Below, one piece after another: positions 1 through 12,000 of a stretch of DNA of 64,000 bases (its first letter is position 1; each line of letters begins with the position of its first letter). The notes under the pieces are model-generated. The model ran no database searches and was not told where the DNA came from. It saw nothing but the letters and a program-made list of their open reading frames with translations. The DNA is from Thecamonas trahens ATCC 50062. Taxonomy: Eukaryota; Protista; Apusomonadida. The translations under genes and the position numbers were made by a program. Where the stretch lies: positions 62,001 through 126,000 of the forward strand of contig NW_013657618.1 in the NCBI RefSeq assembly GCF_000142905.1, written 5' to 3'.

Positions 1-3000
1 CCCAAGGTTGTCATTACCAAGGGCGCACTCGCCCGTCTCCGTCTCGACTTTAAGGCCCAGCCGCCGGCCTTTGACGACGCCGAGTACACCGACGCCACCG
101 CTCCGCCGCATGTCACCCTCCTCGACCTCGACGCGTACCTTGCCGAGAGCCCACAGTCGGCCACCCGCGCAAAGTGGAAGGCACCGGCGCGCTGGAAGTC
201 GCAGGCCTCATCCGCCGGTGATCCGGGCACAGGGGCCGAGTCGGCTACTACCGTGTCAGGCGACGCCTCCTCGGCAGCGCCTGCCAGCCCTACACTCAAC
301 AATCCGCTCGCTGCCAAGCTCGCTGCACTCGTCCGCGTCCTCCCTCCGGCACCCGAGTCTGGCCTCGCCTCGCCTCTCGCGGGCGCTGGGCAGGCCGGAT
401 CAGGGTCCTCGGCTGGCGCGGGAGTCGCAGACACTACCGAGCCGGCCGACGGTGCTGCCGCGGCTGCCGCGGCGAGCACTCCGCCGCTAACTCGCGCGCT
501 GCTTCTCACGGAGACTGCGGCCGTAGTCTTTGGCGAGCTCCGCGGTGTTGCCCGCCTCCTCGGCATGTGTCTTGCACTCCTCTCCTCCCCGCCTCCGCTC
601 GACGACCCGGTCGCTGCTGTTGAAGCCTCGTCGCTCGTCGACTTTGTCGTTGCCACCGTCGAGCTCGGCGGAGCCGTTCCCGACGCTTTCCGGTCGCCCG
701 ACCACGCTCTTCGGGCCGCTGCGCTTGCGCTTGCCCTCGTCGACGTCTACGAGGCCTCGCTTGCCGCCGCCGCCGCCCGCGCCGAGGTTCCGAGCTGCGA
801 CGACGCCGTTGCTGCCGACGCCGACGGCCTGGCCGCCGCCAATGCCACTGCCAGCTGGCACGGCTCGCTAGTCGCGCCCGACACACTTGCTGCCGTCCTC
901 GACTTTGCCGCCGTCCACTGCGACTCGCGGGTCCTCGCCACCAACACAGCACTGGCCCTTGGTCTCCGGATCCTGCTCTCGGGCCCGCGCGGCGCAGGCG
1001 TGTCGCTCGCTGCGCTCGACGGACCCGCCCTTGCCGCCTGGCAAGGCCCGCGGTCGCTCTTCCTCAACGCCGAGCTCCTCCGCTACGGCACCTCGCTCAT
1101 TCTTGCCGAGCTCTCGCGCCCGCCCACTGCCGCGCTCTCCATCCCGGTCTTTTCGCCGAGCGCCCCGGCCTCGGCCCTCGAGCTCCTGCCCGGCCTCACG
1201 CTGGACCTTGCCGAGGCCCACAGCCCGGCCGAGCTCACTGCCACGCTTGCGCCGCTTCTCCTCGACAGCGCGCTTGTCGTCCTGCTTCTGGCTTACGCTG
1301 CCGAGCCTACCGCGCCGAATGGCGGCGCAGATACGTCGGAAGGCGCAACCAGTTCGATGCTTGCATCTGCGGCTTCGCCCAAGACGCCTGCCTCGCAGTT
1401 GTCATCCGGCGGCCCGCCGCCGCCTCCACCACCGCCGCCGCCGCCGACCATTCCGGCCTCGCGCGTTGCCCACAAGCGTCGCGACCGCGACGACGATGAT
1501 GAAGACAGCGACGACGTTGACATGTTCTTCGGCGGCCTCTTTGACGACGACTCGGAGGACCCCGCTTGTGAGGGAGAGTCCAAGGACGCGGCTGCCGCGG
1601 CGTCGGTTGCTGCGACCAGCGCGCTTGCTGCCGGTCCGCCGGCCGCGCCCGCTGTCCGCTGCCTCTTCACCTCGCGCGCCATCGCCCGGTTTGGCGACGC
1701 GCCGAGCAGGGCCTCCATGGCGGCCGCTGCCGCCGCCGATGCTGCCGTGCTCGCTCGCCACCTGCACTCGCTCCTTGTCCGTCACATCTTTGTGGCAAAG
1801 GATGCTCTCGGAGAGCTCACCCCACTCGGCCGTGCGTTGGCCTCCGCCGTTGCCGAGAACAGCGTTTTTCACAAGGCCCACCTCGACGCCATCCTCCTCG
1901 TTTGCGCCTCTTGCGCTGCGCCTGTTCCGGGCTCTGCCGTCGCTGCAACCGACGCTACTGCGGAGCAAGGCAAGGCGGGTCTGACGACTCCGCTCGTCTC
2001 GGCCGGGCCTCTGCGGACAGCGTTCCGGCTCCTCACTCAGCACGTGGTCGCGTACGGCTTCCTCACGCCGCCGCTCGTCGACGCCGCCCTCGACGCCGCA
2101 GGCCTTGCTGCCGGCATCTGGCCGCTCAACATGTCCACCGAAACCCTTGTCTTTGTCACGCGGGTCATCGTGTATGTCCTCTCGCCGCACTCGACACACG
2201 CATCCACCGCCGCAAGCCTCGCGCCTCGCGTCTGGACCTCCTTTGCCGCTTCGCTTGCCGCAGCCTCGGCTGGCGCGCTCGCGGCATCGGCGTCGGCTTG
2301 GGAGCTCCACCTGCCGCGCGAGGCTAGCCTCGTCCTTCTCCTCGTCTTTGCGCTCCTTGAGCGCGAGGAGCAGGCCAACTACCTTGGCGCGGTCGCCGAT
2401 GTGGTCGTCGACCTCTCTGCTGCTTCGAACGCTGCGCCGGCGCGGGTTCTTTTCCTCGGCCACCTTGTCCAGCTGTACGAGGCCATGGCAAGCCTCGCGG
2501 CGTCGGCAAGCGCCGTAGACAAGCTGCCGTCGTGGCTCGTCGAGGTCGTGACTGGCGAGGTCCTCGGCGCCACCCCTGGCGCGCCTGCCTCGGTCGCCTG
2601 GCCTGCCCCGCTCGCCGCCCACAACGCCGACTCGCTGCAGGCTCTTGCCGATGAGCTCGACGCGGCCAACGAACTGTACCCTCCGTTTTCGGCAGTCTTC
2701 TTTGAGCTCCTCCCGCCGGCGCTCACCCGTGACCCGTCACCGCTTGCAGAGCTTCCGTCCGCCGCCTACGGTGCCGCCTCGCTCCTGACCTTCACGCTGC
2801 GCTCGAGTCGCTCCTCCTCGCTGTGCCTGCTCCTCTGGCGGCTGCTCCCTCGGCGGCCTTTTCGTCGCCGAGCACACGAGCTCACTCGCATGGCGCCTCC
2901 TCGGCCGCCTCCCAGCGCCGCCGCAAGTTCTCCTCCCGCTCCTTGCCGAGCCGGCCGCGTTTTGGGCGGACGTCCCGCGCGATCTTCGCGGCGCACACGC

Positions 3001-6000
3001 TCTCCGCACCCTTGCCCGCGTCATGACGCTTGACGCCGGCGTGCCCCCGGAGACAGTTGCCAACTTTGATATCACCGCCTCGCTCGACGCCCTCTTTGCG
3101 CTCTATACCTCGCTCGCCAACGCGCCGTCTGATGCGCTCGCTCCAGGTGGCTCGCGCTTTGCCCACTTTCTGGCCCTCTGGCTCGAGACCGTGCTCGGCC
3201 TCGCCGCCGGCCCGGCCCCGTCTGCTGATGCTGACGACGCCACCGCTGCTCGCGCCGCCGCCTTTCACGCGGCACTCACGTCGTACGTCGACTCGCACGC
3301 ACCGCAGCTCCTCAACGCCTCGGTTTCACTCATTCAGGCCACGGCCACCGCCTCGCGCGAGCTGGTCCTCTCGGTCCTCTCCTCGCCACCGGACGCAGCC
3401 GACCTTGCCCCGGGCGTGCTCGACTCCAAGGTTCGCGCTCTCGACGCCATCATGACTCTTGGCTCGACCAAGGCCAAAGTCAAGTCGGTCATGTCACGCG
3501 CAGGCTTTCCGGATGATCTCTGCACCGCATTGAGCACCTGGTCCGACTTTCGGGGCTCGCGTCTCGCCACGCTCTCCGGCTTTGTCGACGTTGAGCTCGA
3601 CGCGCCGGCGCCGGCGCCGGCTGCGTTCCAGACCCCGTCGGGCAAGGGCGTCCGCAGCACGTCGTCTGCTCCTCCCGCCTCACCGGCGCCGAGCAAGTCG
3701 AGCTCGCTGGCACCGGGCCTCCGCGCCGAGGCTCGGCCAGCCCCGTCGGACGAGAATGCCTGGGGTCTCCTTGCCCTGCCACAGCCGGCGGCCATGGCCG
3801 CCGCCGCACTCTCGGGCGCTCTCCTCCCACCGCCCACTGCCTGTGCCGCCAAGGTGGACGCAGGCCGGCTCTCGCGCCTCCTCACGGCCCTCGTCTCACT
3901 ACTCAGCACTGTCACCGACGTGCTCGAGGCGACCAACGAAGCCTCGCTTGCTGAGCTCGACGTCATCGCCACTCACTTACCGGACCTGCTCCCACCGCTT
4001 CTTGACTTTGTCTTTGACTCGCGCTTCGACTTTCTCAAGCAGGGCGTCCGATCCATCATCGAGTCGCTCCTGCCGACCACCGAGCAGTTTACCAACACTG
4101 CCGACCTTTTCAAGCTCCAGCGCCTCGAGCGGCTCTTCACCGACGTGGCTGTCGCTCAGGGCGACACTGCCGCCGTGCCGGCCACGCCCGTCGCCGACAC
4201 GGGCGCCTCTTGGGCTGTCCACATGCATGCCGGCGGCTCATTTGCCGCCATCGAGCCGATCATCCTCGACGCGCTCACCTACTTTGAGAAGCTCGCCAAG
4301 TGCTCGCGCGCCCGCAACGTCGGTGTCTTTTACTCGGTCATTGACGCCGAGGCCGCGACCGCGCCCGAAGGCGCCGCCCCGCGCTTCCCAGCCGGCGTCG
4401 ACCTTCCGCGTGGCTCGCTCGCCCCGCTCCTCAAGCTCCTCATCCACAACACCTCGCTTGACATTAACCGCACCGCGCTGCAGTACCTGCTTCTGCTCCT
4501 CTCCCAGACCCACGGCGACCTCATCAAGGCCGACCAGCGTTCCGGAACCAAGAAGAGCAAGCTCGCCCGCCTCCGCAGTGCGTCGCCGGCCTCGTCACCG
4601 CGAAGCTCCGGCTCCGGCCCCGGATCCGGCTCCGGTCCCTCGCTCTCTGCTGATGAGCTCGCCGCGCCGGTCTATTTTGACTACGTCCTCGCCTCGCTTG
4701 CAAGCCTGGAGCCGGCAGGGCGCCGGACGTGGTTCGCAGAAAAGCTGCTTGGCACTCTAGTCGCACCTGTGGCGGCCGACGCCGAGCCGACGGTCGCAGC
4801 CCCGCCACGCGAGCTCCGCGCCCTCACCGCCCGCTTTATCCGCCGCCTCGTTCGCATGGGCTCATCCGCGGCCGCCCGCGCCGCAAGCGCCACCGAGCCC
4901 GATCCGTCGCCGACCTCGGGCACATCGCCGGCGTCGACCGTCACTAACACCGTCCAGTCGCTCCTCGACTCACATCCATCCGAAGCCGGCCAGCTCGTCT
5001 TTGACGCACTCCTCGCTTCGCTCGATGACGCCTTTTCCACCTACGCCGGGTGCGCACAAGAGTACTTTTACCTTTTGCAGGAGCTCGCTCTTGCCCAGAA
5101 CCAGCTTCCGACCCTGCTCGAGGCCGTCGTTGCCCTGCTCAAGGTGTGGAACGCAGCGCCGGACCCGACGGCCGTCTTGCTCTCCACGCCGCGGCTGCAG
5201 GGCCTCGGCATGCTCCTCGACTTTGTTCGCGAACTCATGCTCCTCTGCAAGCAGCACGCGCCACTACAGTCGTCTAACATGGGCCGCTCCGTCTCGCTCG
5301 AGAACATTGCCGCTCTCGCCGCCATGCGCTCCGGTCTTGCCTCTCCCAAGACCCCGTCGAACCGCCCGCTCCCGCCCATGGCGCTCTCCACGCCAATCCG
5401 TCCGGCTCAAGACTCGGCCGCACTCGCCGCGCTCGCCGAGGCAAAGGACGGCATCCTCTCCGACCTCGCTTCGGAGCTCACCCAGGCCTCGTCGGCCGTC
5501 GCTCCCGACGCCGAAGACGCCCTGCTCGAGTACCGCATGTCACAGCTGGCCCAGCTCCGCTCCGATGTGACCGCAAGCCCGGGCAGCGGTGCCACCGACA
5601 GCTCTCGCCCCGCATCTGATGGCCCGACCCCGCTGACGTTTGGCGGCCAGTCCAAGGCCGAGCGCGAGGCGCAGGAGCTCGCGAGCCTCTGCTGCACCTT
5701 TAAGGATACCGGCACAGACTACTCGCAGCAGCATTGGTACTACTGCTACACCTGCTCGCTCGTCTACTCGGAGGGGTGCTGCTCGGTCTGCGCGCGCGTG
5801 TGCCACGACGGCCACGATCTCTCCTACGCCCGCTACTCGCGTTTCTTCTGCGACTGCGGCGCCGGCGCCGGCCGCGGCGGTGGCTGCATTGCTCTCCACC
5901 CACGCGAGTACGTCCCCGGCCTCGCCGACGCCAAGGCCAAGGCCACTGCCGGCGACGACCGCGACGACCGCGACAACGCCGAGACCGGCCCGCCGCTCAC

Positions 6001-9000
6001 CCCATCGTCCGCCCGCTCGCCAAACAAGGACCCGTTCCGTGGCCTCGATACCTCCAAGCTCGAGGCCGAGATGGAGGCGCTCTCGCTCGCGTCGCAGATC
6101 TCACAGCACGCCCGTGAGCCGCTTGTCCGGCTCCTCAAGGACGAGGGCACTGCCTCGGTCGTCCTCCGCCTTGCCTCAGCCCTTCTTCTCGCCGCGAAGG
6201 ACGCCACCGCTGCGGCTGCCGCGGCAGCCACCCAGGGCGGTGCGGGGTCGGCAGCGACCGCGTCTCACTCGGACGTCCTGCCCTCGTACCTTGAGTCGGA
6301 CAAGTTCAACGCGTCCGCGTCCGTGACCAAGGCCTCGTCGTCGATCCTCTTCCAGCAGACCCACACCTCGTCGGGCACTTTTACGCCACAGTTTCAAGAG
6401 TCCGAGTCGCGCGCCACCGCCGAGCTCATCCAGCAGGCTCTCATCAAGCGCGCAGTGGTTGCTTTTGATCCTGCGAGCCGCATGGCGTACGCGGAAGGCG
6501 CTTGTGTCGTGCTTGCTGACGGCACTGCCCTTGGCTCTACAGAGTCCTCGTCGTCGCTCAACAAGTCGGCGCTCCCGCAGCTTTGCTCGACCAACCTTGA
6601 GTTTGAGCCGTTGTACATGACGTTCAACCCCGCGGCGCCGGCCTTTCTTGCCGTCGCCGGTCTTCGCAAGGCCGCAGTTGTCACCTACAACGCGTCTGGC
6701 ACCGCCGTCGACATTCTGCCGATCATGCTCTCGCTTGAGCTCTTTGGCGGCTCGCTTGTCATCCTCGGCGTCCACTGGGTGCCAGGCTCGGAGACCAAGC
6801 TTGTTGTCGCCACCAACCAGTGGGTCAAGGTCTACGACCTTTCATCGGACACCTTTGCGCCCATCAACTACTTTTCCATGGATGGCATCGACAGCATTCG
6901 TGACATTACCGTGACCACGGATCCAGCGGCGGACGTCCCACTCATGTTCATCATCACTGGGCGCGGGCTCATTTTCAAGCAGCAGATTTTCGACGCTGCC
7001 GACGGCGGCGAGTACATCATCACCGACGCCGTTGCCATCGAGCCCTCGGTCCGCTCCAACAAGGGTATCGCCATCGAGTACTCAACAACGCTCCGCGTTC
7101 TCTTTGCCTCGTACGGCAACGGCTCGGCGTATGCCTACCGCCTCGACGAGTCAATGGGCATCGCCTACGAGGCCCTCGAGCTCAAGAACTCGTCGTCGTT
7201 TGACTCGCCCTCGTTCTCCTCGGGCTCGTCTAGCTCGTTCTACTCGTCCAAGAAAAAGTCGCGCTCGCTCCCGCTCAATCCGACTATCGATACCTACTCG
7301 CGCTTCATCGAGCTCCCACAGTACCGTGGCCTCGTCCTTGCCCTCTCCAAGTCGGGCTTTGTCCCGGTTGTCTTTCTCTTTGAGGGCAGCTCTGTCACAT
7401 ACCAGAAGCTCTCGTGCAACTCGACGTCGTACATTGTTGGCTGCGCCCCGTTGGTGCCCAAGGTCGATGACCTCTCGGCTTACGCACCCGGATTCTCCAT
7501 TCTCCAGGACGACGGCACCCTCTCCATCTTTGCCCTCACCAACTCGCAGCGCTCCAAGCTCCGCGCCCTCAAGTACGGAAGCCAATCAAGCGCGAACAGC
7601 GGCTCGGGCCAGGCTGGAGGCAAGTCATCGGCCTCGGGCGAGGCCTCGAGCTCCAACTCTCGCGGCCGCATCTCGCGTGGGGAGCTGGCCATTGGCCGCC
7701 GCACGCTTCGCTCGCGCTCCAAGTCTGGGGGCAAGGGCTCGCGGAACGACAGCAGCAACAGCAGTGGCGGCGGCGATAGCGTCGACGCGGCTTCCAGCAA
7801 GTCCGGAAAGACCGTCTCGTGGAATGTTGCGACCGATGGTGGTGACTCGGGGCTCGCGCCGGCGTCGCGTCTCTCAGACGCAGCGTACGACCCAGCAAAA
7901 CTCTCGGTATTTGGCGCACTCGTCGAGACTTACCGACAGGCCACCGACCGTGACGACGAAGACGATGCTGTCAGCAGCTCGGCCCGTGGCCCACAGGGCT
8001 CGGGCTCGGGCTCGGGCAAGCACTCGAGCAAGCGAGGCAAGAAGAAGACAAAGAAGGGCCCCGGGAGCTCCGGCAGCTCCGGCGGCTCGGGCACTGAAAC
8101 CGACGACGACGATGCCAGCTCGTGGCCCTCGCTTCCGGCCACGTTTTTCGAGGACAAGCGCCGGGTCACGTCCAGCGTCACCTTTACCGGCGATCTTCCG
8201 TCAGGCATGTCGTCGTCCGAGGCTCATTCGCGGCTGACGTCGACCGACAACTCGCTCGTTGCACCGTCGACCACCATGCGCCTCACGGTGGCCATCAACG
8301 ACTCGTCGGTGGTTCTTTGTGGTGTCCGCATTCTGCTTGGCAACTCGGACCTTGCCGCTATCCCGCAGCATGTCAAGGTCCACGGCCGGACCCTCAAGAC
8401 CAAGTCTGACGTCCGCCGTTGGTACGACATTCCGTTTACCCTCGACGAGTCAGTCCAGTCCGAGTCGCAGTTTGAGATGGAGTTTGGCGCGCCGGCTTGC
8501 TCGGGCTACTCATCGGTTCATCCTGCTGTTGACCAGATCGAGGTCTACGGCCTTGCCAAGTCGGACTTTGACTATGAAGCTGCGTTGACCGCCGCCGCTG
8601 AAAAGGCCGCCGCCGCCGAGAAGGCTGCCTGCTCGGCTTCCGCCAACTCCGCCGCCGACTCGGCCGCCGCGAATGCCGGCAAGCCCGAGGTTGTCTCACA
8701 GGTCGAAACTGTTGCCCAGTCGGCTCTTGCCATCCTCTCCGAGTACTTTACGCTCGCGCTCACCTCGTCGTCGCTGCTCATGGCCGACCCGCTGCGGGCA
8801 GACATTCTGGAGCGCCTCCCCGCACTGCTTGCCGCCCACTCGACAGGCCCGCTACATGTGCCGCTCAAGGCGTTGCTGCGGGCAACGCACGGCTCAGCCG
8901 ACGCCTACTACCGTTCGTCCGACCATGTCATGCTCTCCAATCTGGCGGACGAGCTGGCGGCGGCGACCGTTGCGGGCACCGCTCTACCACCGGCCGTGCT

Positions 9001-12000
9001 CGAGGCCCACATCAGAACACTGCGCAAGCTCTCAAACCATCGGCTCTCGAACCTCTCGCTCTTCCTCCTCCGCTCGCCCACGGTCATCGACGCCGTCTGC
9101 CACGCCTTTTGGGCTGTGGTCGACTCGGCTCCCGGCCTGGCGGCTTTCGAACTACCCGAGGATGTGGCGTCGGGCCTTGCCGAGGTTCTTTACGGCTACG
9201 CCCTGCATCTCAACGCGCTCTGCAGCGTGCCGGCCGAGGCCGTCACGGCCGTTGCACCGGCCTTTGTCCACCTGCGCAAGCTCCTGCTCACGCCCCACTC
9301 GCGAACTCTACGGGCAGTCACCGCCCGCTCGCTGGCATCGATCGGGCGGACCGCGCTTGATCCAGAGCTCGCCGCTGCTCAGGGCGATCCCAACGAGCTT
9401 TCAGTGGCGACAGCCGGTGCTGCCCTCGATGCCCTCTACCGCTCGACTGAAGGCAAAGCATGCGATGGGTGCGGGACGAGACCCATCGTCTCTGTCCGCT
9501 TCCACTGCGCACAGTGCGTCTCGTTTGACCTCTGCGCCGGCTGCGCCGCCGCCCATGCCGCGCCCAAGGGCTCGGCCGGCCCGGCCCGCACCGCGCTCGA
9601 GGCCAAGGCCGAGCTTCGTGGCCACTCATTCGACCACAACCTTGTCGAGGTGCCCATCTTTGGCGAACTCCCCACGCTCGAGAGCTTCCTCGGCAGCCTG
9701 GATGCCGAGTCGGACGCTATGGCAGGCGCCTCGCTGGCCTTTGGCACTGGCCTTGCAGCTGACCTTCCGCGCCACATTCTCACCCACCTCCTTGACTCGG
9801 TTGCCGAAGCGGTGGAGAGTGGGCTGACGACGCCGGATGCTGCACTCCGCGGCGACCAGCTAGTGCCGCTGCTGCAGGTTGTCTACGCACTCGCGTCAAA
9901 CGGTCTCCGCGACGTGTGGAGCGACCTCGATGAGCTCTCGCCGGCACTCTCGCGAGAGGTCCTTGCTCACCGCATGTCGATCTTTGTCTCCAAGGTTCTC
10001 CCGCCGCAACTCGCACAGTCTGTCGACAGCCTCGCCCCGCACGAGGCCACACCGCTCGGCGAAGCTTACCTCCTCTCGATCTCGCTCGTCACGCTGCTGA
10101 CCTCGGACCGTGAGACGGTGTTTGCACTCGCGGCCGAGGCTGCCAACTCGGGCTCGACCTCAAACGACGCCGAGCTGACATCCGAGCCGGTGTCCGGCGA
10201 GGCGGCGACGTCGTCATCGTCTAAGCGCGGCGGCCTGGTTGTCGACACCTCTCGCGACCAGGTCCATGTCATGGACAAGGCGCGCGAGTCCCGTCGATTC
10301 AAGGCCATGCACGACGCGCTCGACGCGCTTGTCGGAGCTGTTGCCACCTCGCCGGCGGTCACCACCGCCGTCGCTGTCCTTCGCAAGCTCCTGGAGACTC
10401 GCTTCCTCTCGCGCTCGCCGGACGCACTCGAGGCCTCGCGTGCATCGCGCGGCAGCGTGGCGCACTCGATGCCGGGCGCGCTGCTCAAGTCGGCGCCCAA
10501 GGTCGAGCCAGTGTACCCGCTCTCGCCGTTCTTTGCTGAGGACTTTGTGGCGAGCAGGTGCAAGTCAGGCAAGGCTGATGCGCTCTTTGCCGACTTTTCT
10601 GACCTTCTTGCTCGCGGCCTTCTCAAGTTCCTCGGCTCACTCTTCCCGATTCGCGACCCAGGCGTTCCCGAGACCAAAGTCGACGAAGCCGGCAAGGGCG
10701 AGGGCGAGGGCGAGGGCGAGGGCAAGGGCAAGGATGATGCTGAATCCGAAGCCAGCGCCGAGGCCGAGGCCGAGCCGGTCACCCGCGACGCGGTCGCAGC
10801 CGAGTTTACGCAGGCCTTTGCAGGCTTTGTGTGGGACGAGGTGACACTCGAGCCAAGCTCACCAGTGGTTGCTGCGCTTGCGGAAGCCGACGTCCTCGAC
10901 CTGCTCTGCGCCTATGTGGAGACGCCGCAGACCGCGTTTGCGCGGATGGATGCCAAAATGGTGCTTCTCTCCGTGGCCGGTTCGATCAAGACTCTTTACC
11001 AGCTCCGCGACCGGTATGCGCTGCAGCAGGCCGAGGCAGCGCTCGACGCGCTTGCTGCGGCCTCGCACAACTTTGACGACGAGCTGCCGTACGATGCGAC
11101 AGTCACCTTTATCCAGACGACCAAGGCCATGCTCGCCATTGCCGCGGCGCGGCCGGCCAACTGGCAGGCGTACACGGCGTCGCGACCGGCACTGCTGGCC
11201 CGGCTACTGGGCGTGGTGCCCAAGGTGCCGCACGAGACATGGGAGACTCTGCTCCAGTTGGCTGTCCTTGCCCTTGTCTCGCTCCCGCTGCTGGAGGCGC
11301 TGAAGGCCAAGGCAGCCGCAGCGGGCGGAAGTGACGTCGACGAGAGTGATGGCGATGCGGCGCTGGGCGACTTTGACCTCTACGCACCGGCTGGCCTCAC
11401 CACCGAGAGCCTGACCGGACTTGGTCGCACAGCGCTCAAGGCGTGGCAGGCGAGCACCACGAGCGCTAAGCCTGGCGACGGGCTCAACGTCTCGGTCTTG
11501 GTGCCTACCGCCGAGGGCATTCCTGTTGTTCCGCTTCCGCGTGGCGCGCTGCTCGCACTCGATGGGGTGCAGGACGAGGTCTCTGACCTTGTCGACGCGC
11601 TCCTCCTGCATACCAACCAGGGGAGCATCCGCGCACACGCGCGCAACTTTTTGCACTGGCTCTGGCACTCGGCGTCGGACGAGCAGCGACTGGCGCTGTT
11701 TGAGACACTGGCGGCCAAGCTGCAGTTTGTCTCGGCGTACGGCCGGAATGGGCTCGAGTACACCGAGCTCATGACGTTTGTCATCGGCGAGCTCGAGCTC
11801 GATGCCGAGGCCACGGCGAGGCCCGGGGCGCTTGTGCCGTCGCAAACGTCGATGGAGTGCTTGTACGACGCGCTCATGTCTGGCCTCTCGGTGCAGAACG
11901 CGCTTGTTGCAGACCATCCCAACTCGCACATGTACCGCACGCTCTCTTCGCTTGTCGACTTTGACGGCTACTATCTCGAGGCCGACCCGTGCCTGGTGTG

